A stretch of 64,000 nucleotides of DNA from Nymphaea colorata (Eukaryota). How positions within the stretch are numbered: the stretch's first letter is position 1; each line of letters starts with the position of its first letter. Made by a program: the position numbers and the translations under genes. The notes beneath the pieces are model-generated. The model saw only the letters and a list, made by a program, of their open reading frames with translations. It did no database searches and was not told where the DNA came from. Below, in pieces: positions 11,080 through 23,529 of the stretch. Location: the NCBI RefSeq assembly GCF_008831285.2, contig NC_045138.2:29078001-29142000 (forward strand), given 5' to 3'.

Positions 11080-14000
11080 TCATGTTTTTGGTATCCAACA
11101 CCCATGAAGGCCATAAGGAAGACCATATGGAAACCTTGCCCTTGCTATCTCTTGGAAGGTGGTGCCATCAAGTAACAGTGCATATCCACCACCATCTCCT
11201 GCACTGACCATGGAAATGACCACTCCTGCAAGATCTCAGTCATGTAAGTTTTCATATTCAGGGCTCATGCGTTGCTTATTCCTTTGTCTTCAAAGAAACA
11301 TTTTATTGTTACTAATTGAGACAAAATTTTGACAAACATGTATTATTCTTAAATTGTTTAATCAGTGGAAAGTGGAAACATAAAATGCTGTTGGCTATAG
11401 TGAGATATGCTTGTTATCTTTTAGAGTATCAGACGTTTGTTCTTTCACGATGCACTGTGATTTTAACTGCTTACCATCGTCTTCTTGGGTAGCACCTGGT
11501 CTAGCCACGAAGAAGGGCTCAGATGGAATGCCTCCTTCCTCATGCCAACTGATGGCTTTCTTGCTCTCAAAATCAAGCTGACACAAAACCGGGGAAAAAA
11601 AGAACATGAATAATTCAGGCTTTCTTTAATATAAGAAACAGCATAATTCAGGTCTTATTGTTCTTGGTTATTGATTACTGTACTTTTGTGAGTGTATTTG
11701 GGAAGTAACAAGGTCGGTGGCCACCACAGGAGTAGGCATATCTGTATTTCTTCCCCAAATACGCAGTATTGAAACTGCACATGTCCATTGCTCTTCCATG
11801 TTCATTGGGGTCTAGTGCGTCCTCTAGCTTCCCGATGAGGCTCCCATCCAAGGGAATTGTGAAACGACCAACTCTGCAATAGTGGAATGAACAAACTTCA
11901 GAAGATCTCTGGTTATGGAATATGTAAATATTAAACAGCAAGCTTGTGGTCTTGTGTCAGTTAGGAGTGGTAAGCTAAGATAAACATGGTCGCTCATACC
12001 TTGGATGCCGATCAAATTAAGCACTTTGATTCTATAGTAAAATGTCCTGGGCTGGTTAGGGAGATCAGCAGAGAGCGCAAAGGCAGACTTAAGCAAATGA
12101 AGTTGGAAGTTTGCAATAATGTTTAGCCTTTCCAATCTGGCTGTTGACTGGAAACCGTTCCTCCATAGGGTTCATAGAACTATTATATGTCCAGTATTTC
12201 CATTTAGAGAAGGAACATGAATTCCTGGAAGTATGAGCCCTTGTCTGTTTTCTTGTGTTTGAAGTGATTCAAAAATTAAAATTTTAGTGATAAAAGGGAG
12301 GCTATTTTACTGTTAAAAATTTGAATTTCGTCCTATAATCTAATTTTGAAGTTCTTCGCTGTTTGTGAACATCTGGTTTTATATATTCTGAATGCTGCAG
12401 TTTCTTCTGTTACAGAAAAAATATATGGAAAGCAAAGCTTTTCTACTTCTCATGAATGGTCATGACAAACAAAAAAACGGGAGGAATGGAGTTTGATATG
12501 AGAGTAGTCCTTGTCCTTCTCATGGGCAAGGGATGAAATCATAATCCCTAACAGGAAGGAGAAGAGAGGTACCTAGCATTGGGTAGCACATCCAAGCCAT
12601 GAGATTGTCTCAGGGTCTGCAATCTAAGGCCGTCCAGTATGGAGGTATCAGCCCCGTGCTCGCAGCAATCAGCAATGACGTGTGTGACCCTGCCCTCCTT
12701 GTCAGTTTCTTCATATGCATTGATGAAATGAAAGGTTACATACAATGGCATTTCTACGCTTGCCACCTGCATGGCCAAAGAGTTCTTCAAATTTTCAGCA
12801 AAATAATACAGAAAAGTAAAGGATGAGATTACAGGGTATAAGTAATACAGAAAATTAAAGGGTGATCAGATGCAGGGTATAACTGCAATGCTAATTAACT
12901 TCAAGACAGGAAAAACTCATTCCCAGCGTGAGTAGATTATCCATCCATCGCAATTAGAGTCGGTTATTTATCGTTTTTCCAATATCTTTTTGTTAACGTA
13001 GATCGAAAGTCTCAAGATCATCTTAGACAAAAGCCTTGATTTTCCAAAAAAATAATCTCGCTCATTTTTCTCACCATGCGTATGGAGATTATCCATGTGA
13101 AATGTATGTATGTATCTATCTAAAGAGTCAATGAATGTCACTTTAGAATTAATGGATACCAGGGAACACCAAACTTGAGCCAAACGCTAAACTTGAGTAG
13201 TCTGATCCATCATGTTGGCAGGGTTGGGCCCGGCCTGAGCTTGGCTCTTGCCTGGCTAAAATCAAAAATAATTTTTAAATACAAATTAATTTTTTAATAA
13301 TAAAATATATATCATTATTAAATAAAAATAATATTAAAAAATATATCTGGCTGAATCGGGCTTTGTTGAACGGACTCAGGCCAGTTTTTTCGGGTTTGAT
13401 ACCCAATGCCCAGCTCTGCTGGATAACTTTGACTATCTAGAGTCATTATATATATATATACTCACATGCATAAGACATAGTTGCAGAGAATGAGCTTAAG
13501 TTCGATTCTAGTGGGGGAATGGGGAATTAGGAGAGGGAATGGGGAATTAGGAGAGGAGACAGAACTGATCCACTTTGTTTATAACATCTCCTTAATCATC
13601 CTTAATTTCAAGTTCGACACTCTTTAATATCATCTTAATTTTAATTTTAATATCAAGAGAACATCATAATAATGAAGAGTGTTGATATCTAGAGAGAGAG
13701 AGAGAGAGAGAGAGGTGCTTACCACTTTGCCGGTGGCCCTAGACATGACATGCATGAAGGCCTTGGACTCCGGATGCCACTCAAATGTGTAGAGTGTTGT
13801 CGGCTCAGCCCTTAGCAGGTTCCGGGTAGAGTACCTGAGCGGCATCTCCGGCACCACCACATAGTTCTCCGTCACAGGAAAGGAATGTACCCACCCAGGG
13901 GACGGCCTCCCTTTGCATGCGACCCTCCCCACCACCTTCCTTTCATTGCTCCCCGGCTCCATCCTCACCACCAAGTACCCAGGGTTCAGCAGGTCTGGCA

Positions 14001-15142
14001 ATAGCGTCAAGAACTCATTATCAGTCACCACTGGGTGCGCCGAGTGGATCAAGTACCCCAGGTTGTCCGTGTAGACGAACCTTCCCTTGGTTTCCAGAGT
14101 AACTGGATCTATCTCGATGCTCCCTTTCATCGTCTCGGTTAGGCATATTACTCGTCCATCGCCGAGCTTCACCACGCCGGTGTTCGAGTTATCGGTCAGC
14201 GATGCGCCGGAGAAAAGGCTTGCCAAATCGCCGACGTATGAGAGGAAGTTGTCTTGCTTGGGCACCTCCGAGAACTCACGGTAGCAGAGCTTCTGGTTCT
14301 TCTTTGCTGCCTTGTACGCTTCAGAGTTGATCTGGCGGTGGCCGGCGATTAGTCGTCCGTCCTCGAAGTGGAGCCGGACGATGGTGGCATAACCATCAAA
14401 GAGGTGCCGGAAATTGTAGTCGCCGATATTCCATAGGCCGGGGCCATTCCTCAGGTACGTGCCATTCTGTGCGAGTGCGCCCACGAAAAAGGATGATCCC
14501 ATTTAGCCATTTTTTCAAAAATTTATAAGCTTTTAGTATTTCACGAGTACAATCCCTAACATTTAAACTTAATATTCACCGCTTAGTTGAATAAAGTACC
14601 TCTCTCACAAAAACACATAATAATTATTTACACAAAAACTTAGTAATATTGTAAGAATTATTTTTACAGAAAAACTTAATCACTGGTATTATTGTTAACA
14701 AGCGTTACTACATACATAGACAATCAAGAATTATTTATACAGAAGAACTTGATCAAATTGTTAACAAGCGCTACTACATACATAGACAATAACGATTTCA
14801 AATGGATGCAGAGTGTACATTTTAAATTTAAAGAGAAGGCGGCCCTACCAGCCATCGCGGGATCTCGCCTTGCACTTCCAGTTCACCTTCCCATCTCTCC
14901 TGCCTTATACTTTCCCATGCCGAACATTTTCTTTCGGCGTCTTTCCCCGGCGCTGGCGGAGTTGTAGGCGCAGAAACACTCTGAACGAGCCCGCTTGAAA
15001 ACCGGCCTCGGGCGGACGCGGGAAACAAGGCGTTGTTAGCTTGAGGGATTTCCTTTCCAGCGCCAGCACCAGGCTTGCCGGACTCCGGCGGCAAAGCCGG
15101 AGGCGTCTTCATTCCAGAGGGTCTCATAACAATAGATGCCAT
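11080..15142 (-). CDS. CCD8: Carotenoid cleavage dioxygenase 8 (carlactone synthase, MAX4/D10/RMS1 ortholog), plastid-targeted, 556 aa
   Basis: Minus-strand exons 15142-14849, 14466-13723, 12766-12573, 11873-11684, 11577-11475 and 11225-11080 total 1671 nt, GT-AG and in frame. Motifs: WEGELEVQGEIPRWLNGTYLRNGPG, FRHLFDGY, SLTDNSNTGVVKLGDGRV, IHSAHP, GWVHSF, VPEMPLRY, TFHFINAYEE, PSEPFFVARPGAT, FPYGLPYGLHGCW. All four Fe-binding His motifs are present. Confidence 0.97.
13219..13418. mobile_element. hAT-like MITE (GGGCC-rich subterminal family) in CCD8 intron 2
   Basis: TIRs CAGGGTTGGGC ... GCCCAGCTCTG. The AT-rich core matches the copy at ~25470-25751. No clear TSD. Confidence 0.6.
14615..14790. 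repeat. Degenerate ~66-74-bp tandem duplication in CCD8 intron 1
   Basis: ATTGTTAACAAGCG(T/C)TACTACATACATAGACAAT at 14691 and 14757, each preceded by AAGAATTATTT(T/A)TACAGAA(A/G)AACTT(A/G)ATCA. Confidence 0.75.
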
Positions 15143-15230
15143 GGAGGTGAGCAGAAGAAGCATATGGGACGGGGTGAGTATGATCACTAGAGTTGAGAGT
15201 CCGGTGAAAAAATACGAGGCATGCGAATGG

Positions 15231-15345
15231 AAATATATAGGAAGGGAAGATTGGTCAAGTAGGAATCTTTGAGTAGCAGCGTTCCCTCCACTTGGGGACA
15301 ATTATTACTACAAAGAACCTTTGCTGGGAGCGCACATAGGGACAA
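15231..15345 (-). promoter_or_regulatory. Putative CCD8 core promoter: TATA box, CCAAT and two TGTCCC (AuxRE-like) sites
   Basis: On the minus strand: CTATATATTT at 15240-15231 (~90 bp upstream of the ATG), GACCAATC at ~15256-15249, and TGTCCC at ~15300-15295 and ~15344-15339. Confidence 0.5.
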
Positions 15346-16086
15346 CCCCTAAGATGCCTCTTCCAATCATCTTATCCCACTTTTTAATTCTCTGTCGACC
15401 GGAAACTTTGTTGTTGGATCCTTCACCTTCTTTCCCTCACTTAAAATTTGATTAATATTTTTTTTTTTTTAAATTTAAAATATTTGTTTAAAAAAATCTG
15501 TCTTCAACTTAAAACTCTCAAGACCATGCATTCGATTATTCTTACAGTATACTTTTCAATGAAAAGTCTGAATAAACTTATGGTATATAGTTCAACGGAA
15601 GGTTTATATAGGCTTACTGTGTATCCTTCATCTCAATACTGTGCTTGCCACCATTTATAGTTTAAAGATAAAACATATGAGCATGACAGTGACCATAAGA
15701 TTAAAACATTGAGCTTTTGCTAGCTTCCTTAGAGATGCGTAGTTGTCGGTTTTCTTCAAAGATTTGGGAGGAAACTGGAGTTTCGATGGATTGGATATAG
15801 AGATTGAACCCACAACTAGTTTCAAGAAAAACGATGCCCAGTTCCTCTGATCTTATTTTATTTGTAATAAAATCAGGGCTTGATATAAAGGCGTTTCTCA
15901 CTGGGAAAGAGAAATCTTATAGTATTAAGCAAATTATTGAACCAACATTTTCTTTCAACTTATTCCTTAGGTGCCAATGGATTAATTTTGCAGTTTTTTA
16001 GACTAATAATTTCTCAGTTGACGTCAACCCGAAAGTCTCAGTTAACTGTAGCTTCAATCTTTGTTGCCAGTATTACTGCGTATCGG

Positions 16087-16118
<32 letters not shown>

Positions 16119-16646
16119 CGTTTAACAGCAAACTCCGTTCCTTGGGTGCTTGACCGTAAGCAATTTTTAGCTATTGATTTTGCCTACAGTAATCCATGAG
16201 AGAAAGGAGAAAAACAAGATATGAATTCATACTAAATGTACAAGTAAAATGATTTATCTTTTTTTTTTCTCTTAACCATTCATTGTGAGTAAATTAATGG
16301 TTTTCTTTTTGATGAATCTATCCCCAAATGATCGTTTCCATTCAACCCTGCTGAGGGATCCCTAGAAAATTTTTGTTGCAAAAAAAAAAAGGAAACAATA
16401 TACCAAAAGCTGAAAAAAGAAACTCTACCTCAGGGAGAGAGTTTCCAAGGTTCCCCTAAAAGCTGAAAAACAAGGTCTTAGGAGGAAACAAACAACCTGT
16501 AATTCTGGGTTAAATATTTAAGAATATATATGAATTTGTACATCAAAGAAGTGCCATCTTCAAAATCTAGAGGGGCAAGTGAAATATTCTGACATTTGGA
16601 GCACCAGAATTGAGAACTGATGATGAGTCATATTATGAGTTCTATT

Positions 16647-16838
16647 CAGGGGCAGAGCCAGAAATTGTTAGCTATAGGCGCATAACTATAGTTTCAAAAT
16701 TTTGATAGAGACGGAAATTTAATTTTTTGAATTTTTTTTTGTATAGGTTAAACTAAAATTTTTAAATTTTACATTTAAAATTTTAAAAGGTCTAAGGAGG
16801 AGCCATGGTCCTACCGGCCTTTCTTGCCTCCGCACCTA
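16647..16838. mobile_element. hAT-type MITE, CAGGGGCRGAGCC family
   Basis: Ends CAGGGGCAGAGCC ... GCCTCCGCACCTA. AT-rich core resembles 23022-23214. TSD degenerate. Confidence 0.65.
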
Positions 16839-17820
16839 GCCATATTGGGTGTATTGGGTGTCAGTTCCAAGAAAGAGCTGCTGGGAAATAGGATTCCCAC
16901 CTTCATTACCTAAGTTTAAAATGCACATAAGGAATTAAAAGGATGCATAGCTCACAGGTAATTACACATCACATATTGGGAATCAGTTTTGATATCTCCA
17001 TAATTGGAAAGAATCCTCACTTACACCATGCGTGTAAAGTGAGTGAATATTTAAATTAATATTTCCATGGATTACAACAATTCAAAAACAATGATATACA
17101 CTTGGTATGTACTAATAATAATTTGAATTTAAAATAGACATCCTCTTGTAGCTGATGATTCAGCACTCATGACACTTGTAGCTGGAGTTTTGTCTTCAAC
17201 GGTTTGAGAAAGAGGTAATGTCGCCCTCCTTACACTCCTAAAAAACTTTTTTGAGATTCATTGAATATACTTTGAGACCTTTTTAAGATCAGAGCCCTTC
17301 AAAGTGGATCGCATTGCCACCCAATTGCACTATAGCCCTTAAGGCAATTGAACAAGTGTCCCTTTGATAGAGCATTCTGGCACCAGTAGAATCGATTGAC
17401 CGTGAGAATTTTGGATGATGAAAAACTGTTTGGTGTACACATGTCCATGATTTTGCATTGCGAGGATAGTGAAATCCTCGCCCGGATGCTCAATGAATCC
17501 CTCAGGCAGAGTTGCTACGGAGAACCACACTCTCAGCTTCTTCATTTCTGGTGTCCTCATCCACACTCTCAGCTTCTTCATTTCTGGTGTCCACATCGTC
17601 TACCCCCCACTTGCAGCACTTCCAGACTTTCTCAAAGCATCCTATCTAAGGCAGCAGAAGAGGCAATCCATGAAGCACTCTATTTCTATGTTTCCACAAG
17701 AGCCCCACCACCATGGGCTGTCCCGCAACCATCCAACCTCTTCTAAAAGGCTGAAGTCTCTCACTGCAGGAAGTTGGTTTTGTACACACCCCCCTTGTAT
17801 GCACAAGGGTGTGCAATGAC

Positions 17821-17937
17821 CTAAATCACATGGGTACGCAATGACCTAAATCACATGGATACGGGTACTGTTTAGGTATGGGTATAGAGATACAAATTTG
17901 AACATAACAACTTTAGAGAAAATGTGAGTATGAAAGT

Positions 17938-17970
<33 letters not shown>

Positions 17971-18235
17971 CACACACGTAAATTAATATAAAAATATCAA
18001 AATGAAAGCGACATTTAAACAAACATGTGATTTTAAATAAAAAATTGCATGTTAATGAACAATAACTCTAAAAAGGAAATGAAACTTGAGTTGGAAAAAA
18101 ACTTAAATCACATAAAATTAAACGATTTGGATCCGTTTTCTGTAAAAAGTATCTAAGTGTGTTCAAGTGCCCATTTTGGGTATGGGTACGGTGACACAGG
18201 TACATGGATCATATTGAAATACTCATGTGACTTAG
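17821..18235. mobile_element. MITE with 8-bp TSD (hAT-like) and a duplicated left end
   Basis: TIRs CTAAATCACATG ... CATGTGACTTAG. Flanks GCAATGAC (17813-17820) and GTAATGAC (18236-18243). GGGTAC/GGATAC subterminal motifs. Confidence 0.7.
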
Positions 18236-18761
18236 GTAATGACTAGAATATCTCCATTAAAGTGAAAAAAGAAGACTTTTAGAAGGATAAAATGATGATT
18301 ATGAAAATATTAAAAGACTAAAATGTATATAGCATTTAAAAAAAAATTCTAAATGCCACAACCTCATTTTTTCTTTTTCTTGGTGCATATTTGTTGCATG
18401 CAAGTTGATGATTAGACTTTCACCGGCCCATCAGTCCGACCAACTATACTATGCTCTCAGGACAGCCGACACAGGAGGAGCCTTACAATGCCAGAAACTT
18501 CCCTCCAATTATCCACCAGGTGTTGCACTCTTAGGAGGAATCTTCCCTCCAATTATCCACCAGGTGTTGCACTCTTAGGAGCTTAAAGACATGCATGGAG
18601 TTCTAGCACCTAATGATTTGATACTTACCTGCTTGACATGCATTTGAGTGCATAAAAGCCAGATCTTTAGGTGCTACAACTATGAGCAAGAATTTTAGCT
18701 GTTGTTTTTTTTTTTCACATTAACGGTAGAGAGGTAAAAGAGAACAAATTCTCTATTTGTT

Positions 18762-18952
18762 TTTTCTTCAACCGTCTATGTGTACTAAATCTATGTACAA
18801 GATTATTCATGAAAGATCTAGCATGTAAGGGTCTCGGCATCTATCCATTATTATATAAGAAAAATTGGTAGAAGCTAGATCCATAGGTTCTAGGCAAATA
18901 AGGAATAGTTTATGCTATATATCGAGTTTTGTCCAGTGACGGTTGAGGAAAA
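18762..18952. mobile_element. Probable MITE remnant with 15-bp inverted ends
   Basis: TTTTCTTCAACCGTC ... GACGGTTGAGGAAAA (1 mismatch). Confidence 0.4.
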
Positions 18953-19574
18953 GGAGGAAAAAAACGAATTAATACTAAATGTCTAATTAAAATGTTTTAT
19001 ATTCTCCTTTTCCTTATTTTTCTCCCAAGTTTCTATGTTAATGGTTAAAATTATGCCTGATGAATTTATCACCTGTGGATAAGTGCCAGACTCTTAAGCA
19101 GGAGCTAAATTCATACGAATAATTTTAGCAATTGCATTTAGTTCTCATAGAAAGTCACCATGATATGGGAACGTATGATCCTATGAAAGCCAGTGCTAAA
19201 AAATTTCTCGATTGCAAAGACCACGAAGATTTGAACATCTGCATTACATGAAGGGACTAGGGAGAGAGAGCGAAAATATATAGGACAGGACTCCGGATTG
19301 ATCTCCGACCGGTGGAAGTGGCCACGGGACGAAGCAGTACTCCTGCAACAATTGCTGCCACTCGATCGACGATTCCATTTTCACATCAACTCAAGGAAAA
19401 AAGCAAGAACGCATTGAGATGAATATAATACTATTCAATATAATAATGAAATGAATATATAATATTCAATATAAATTATTGAAGTGGAGTGGGGTTCTGT
19501 CACATTGAAAGTGAAGAAAGCAAGAATGTGAAGTGGGTGTCCCAGTGTAGTCAGAGGCACTGTTTCCCTTGGAC

Positions 19575-19888
19575 AGAGTTCCAGCTTGACTCGCTTAGCC
19601 GAGTCTGAGCTATCGGTTAAGCTCGTGTCTTTTAATATATATATATATTGTAATTAAATTTTTTATATTTTTATTTAAGCCATTTTAAGTTTTTGTTTAC
19701 AAAAATAAGTATTGCTGTTAAACGAGCTTAATTTAATTTAGTCGAGCTCATGCAACTCGGCTTGTTTACAAACTTGAGTAAAAGTTTGAATTCGACTTGC
19801 TTAACTTATGAGTGGAGCTCAAGTCAATCTTAACCAAGCGAGTTCGAGGAAAGCTAGAGTTAGCTCTACTAGTTCAACAACATTCCTA
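19575..19888. mobile_element. Degenerate MITE with GAGCT/CTCG subterminal repeats
   Basis: Repeated GAGC/GCTCG/CGAG motifs flank an AT-rich core. The right end is ...CAACATTCCTA. Confidence 0.45.
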
Positions 19889-22800
19889 AGAGTAGCTTAT
19901 TGGGGAGTGCCTCAAAGTCTATTTTAAGAATCATAGCTTGCATTGCATTGTGGAGCATCTTTGCCAATCACGACAGCTAGCCAGCACACAGACAATAAAG
20001 CAGCAAGCAATAAACAGATTCCTCTCATTCTTGGTCAAGGGAGAGCAGGTGGGCAGATTCTGAACTCTTGCTTTTTCACATTTTTTTTGCACTTTCACGA
20101 GTTCTTTCTTTTCAAAAACATTTTTATCTAGTTTCTTTATAGTTCTTATTTCATTTAAAACGACATAACTAATTTATTTCAATAATTTTAAATACCAAAA
20201 GTTAGTTGCTTTTCGAAGTTCAGGTCCGGTAGTCATGTCCATGCATGCCTGTCTACGAGGCAACTTACATAAAATGAAAATTATCACGACTTACGGCAAT
20301 TGAATAAAGTAATGTTTCTAGATGAACATGTTCGGAGTTGGGTCCCTAATCCGCCGTAGGCGTTGAGGAAAAGAGGATCTAATAATTGAACCAAAGAACG
20401 CTTTTTCTCTTCCTTGCGAATGCAGTACTGCAGTCGATGATGAGCAAATTAACTCTCTTGCTGTTGAAAATCTCTAGTTCGTTGGATGAACTAGTTGGTT
20501 ATTGGCCGAAAAGAAAAAACAATACTTTCAGACGGATCACAACCCGTATACCGCCGCGTATGTCTTCTTTTCAAGTATTTCGTTAGATTTTTCCTCGAAT
20601 ATCCGGCTTCTTCCAAGTTTATTTATTCACAATTAGTTGGCTATTTGGGTTCTGTCCAGCAACAGAACCTATTCTATTTGGTATCTGATGATGCATAGAC
20701 ATCCAAAGCAAAGCTGCTGGGGTTGGTTCCCTTCACATTTTTATTAGAAGGAATGAAGCAATCACAATCAAATACAAATAACATAAAAAGCATGCCATCA
20801 ATTCGATTTTCATAGATGATACTAAAAAACATGCCATCAATTGTACACTGCAAATGGTAGAGTCACTGTCATCAACATCCAGAAGCATGCCCTCAATCCT
20901 AAGGACAAGAGAAGCGTTTTGGTTTCTCGGGTATCACCTTTAACACCATTTGAGCATGAAGGAGGCAGTTTGCTTTGTTGTCTATTGTATTTTTTTTTTT
21001 TTCTTTTTGAAGGACAGTTTTCTCATTTGAAACAATGTATTTTTTTGTAATTTTTAGAGAATCTCAAACGATCTTGGCAGCGGACACGTGTGCTGCGTCA
21101 CCGTGTCCACGTCCTATCGAGGCTCTGAGTGCCCGTGAACGCAGAAAGGTGTGATTCCTTTCACCTCAAAGACGAGATTGTTCGTTGGTAGTCTTGTTCT
21201 TGCATGGACATAGGTTTGTGCATCGACATATAATATTATACAATATAATACAGTATCAGATTCAACAATCGGTGTGAGATAGAATATGTCAAACATCTAA
21301 ATATTATATTATGGGCTCGATTTCCAGGCAACTGTATATCAAAACCATTGATGCAAATTGTGGCCAATCGCTAGAAAAGAACAAAAGAAAGTGCACAAAG
21401 ACGCCATCTCCACTTGTTGGTGTCATGGAAAGATAAAAAATCATCGATTCAAAGAAAGCCCGTGTGCTTTTTGGGCCACTGGATACGAAGTGCAGTAAAT
21501 CGAAGCATCCAGACGCGTATGGAACATAGCTAAATGAGATGAAGCAGATTTTCAGTAGTGATAAAACATCATGGAGGTGGCATTGAAGAAGTCATTACGT
21601 AGATCTTCAAGAAAAGTTGTGTGTGAAGCAGTTAGGAGTTTACCTCTTGTATGTCTTTCCAACGATATGGCTAATAAAAAGCGAACGTCCATGGTTGCAG
21701 ATTCGTGAAAGTGCAGTCACAAGAAAATCACATATAGTGTGATGAAAAAATACATAGTTTCGATTCATGATTAATTAAGAAGTTTAATGGACCTAAGACT
21801 ACACAAAGGCCAATCTAGTGCAACCCAAATCTCAGCTTGAAGAATTGATGGTAGGAGCTGGTTAGGTAACTAAACCTATTACTCCAAGGGTCATTGCTTT
21901 ATGCTAAGCAGATTCAGTGGAGAGCGCATACTTCTGTTGATTGCTACAAACAGTCCTGGAAGGAGTAGAAACGCATGAAAGCCACAGGTTTTCTGGCTCA
22001 GGAATTCCAACTGAGGCCGTATCCCCGTTTGTGTGGTTGCCATTAGTAGCAGGCTTCATGGTAGAAGAAGAAGAGTCTGCTGTGTCAGCTTGTGTTGCAG
22101 TTGTAGGCTTCATTGAACAAGACATTCTGTGTTCCTAGCGGAACTACAGCGGGCCGATTTGATGAAAATAACACATCCCTTGATCATTTGATCCTAAAAA
22201 AACCGTTCTATGGTACATGATTTAATACAATCATTCATAAAATTGGATTCATTATCATTTCTCCGTCTGTCTGTCTGTTAGTATATAGGGATTTGGACGT
22301 TCATTTGTTAGTATATAGGGATTTGGACGTTCATTGTATCTGGTTTTGGAGGAAGAACAACATAAATTTACCATGTTAAATTTTTCCTGCGCATCAAACA
22401 GGATTAAATTTACCATGATAAATTTTTTCCGCCCATCAAACAGGGCCTCCGATTGGAGGAGGGAGAAATTTCATCATGTAAATTTCCATGGTAAATTTAC
22501 CGCGCTAAATTTCACCTGCCCATCAAACGAGCCTTAAAGTAAAACATTTACACCTGATGTGTAAAACAAATTGCATAAAAATTGTCGGTTTAGAATGAGA
22601 ATTGATAAAATCCACGTACACATGAGACTTGAATGAATGTTTCTTTGAGCATAGCAAGGTCCGTCTCATATAGACCCAAGAACGGCTGTGTGCTGGACTA
22701 ATGTCACAGTTTGATGTTTTTAGGAATGGTCTTTTGTAGTAACGGTTGGACCACAATTCGTGTCCATATAAAATGTAAGAATCCAACAAATAGGATTCGG

Positions 22801-23021
22801 ATCCATACAACTGGATCCATGTAAAACTAAAACTACAAAGTAGGTCACTATCCACCTGTCTTAAGCTTCATTCGAAGATAATTCAGATTGGGAGTTGAGA
22901 ATAGGAGATTTAGCGTTTCCATTAGTGTGTCTATTTATTTTCAATTTCTTCCTTTATGTAAGTGAATCACTTACAAAGCTTTCTTTTGCTGCATTTTTCT
23001 TTCATTTCAGTTCACAGTATT

Positions 23022-23214
23022 CAAGGGCAGAGTCAAAAATTTTTCATGAGGTGGGTTGAATTAAAGTTTTTAAATTTTGACAAGGGCTGAAATACCATTT
23101 TTCAAAATTTTTTATATAAAACAAGTGAATTTTTTTAAAATTTACATGTAAATTTAATTTTTTTTTGGAGGTGGAGCCAAAGCCCAAGCAGGCCCTACCT
23201 TGGCTCCGCCCCTC
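23022..23214. mobile_element. hAT-type MITE, CAGGGGCRGAGCC family
   Basis: Ends CAAGGGCAGAGTC ... GGCTCCGCCCCTC. Flanks ACAGTATT/ATAATATT (6/8). The core is the reverse complement of 43041-43236. Confidence 0.75.
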
Positions 23215-23477
23215 ATAATATTGGACTGCAGAGTTAGGGTTTGAAAATCCTATTCACCGCAAAACCATGCATTTCAAACAAAAATGCTAAACAATTGATG
23301 TGTAAAACAATCAAATAAATATTTTGGGATCACCATATATATAAAATCCAATGACTAGATCAGATTTGAATAATTTTCCTCCAACACACACACGCAATAG
23401 TTTTGGTAGATTGACATCCTTGTAGTTGATTTTACGGGAACTGACCACATTCCAACTGAACTGGCCAGAGAGTAGTG

Positions 23478-23529
<52 letters not shown>
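23478..23529. repeat. Compound (TA)n(GA)n microsatellite
   Basis: Read directly. Similar compound SSRs occur at ~30839-30878, ~36658-36733 and ~51655-51702. Confidence 0.9.

Noticed and set aside
15143..15301. Longer CCD8 N-terminus in the ORF track
   Set aside because: It starts at a non-ATG codon and crosses the TATA box. MASIVMRP at 15142 resembles a transit-peptide start, although an in-frame ATG at 15163 cannot be excluded.
17263..17270. P1BS (GNATATNC) upstream of CCD8
   Set aside because: A single motif with six fixed bases in AT-rich DNA is expected by chance.
17298..17318. miR393-like sequence TTCAAAGTGGATCGCATTGCC
   Set aside because: It has an insertion and mismatches versus miR393, no star arm nearby, and no TIR1/AFB coding context.
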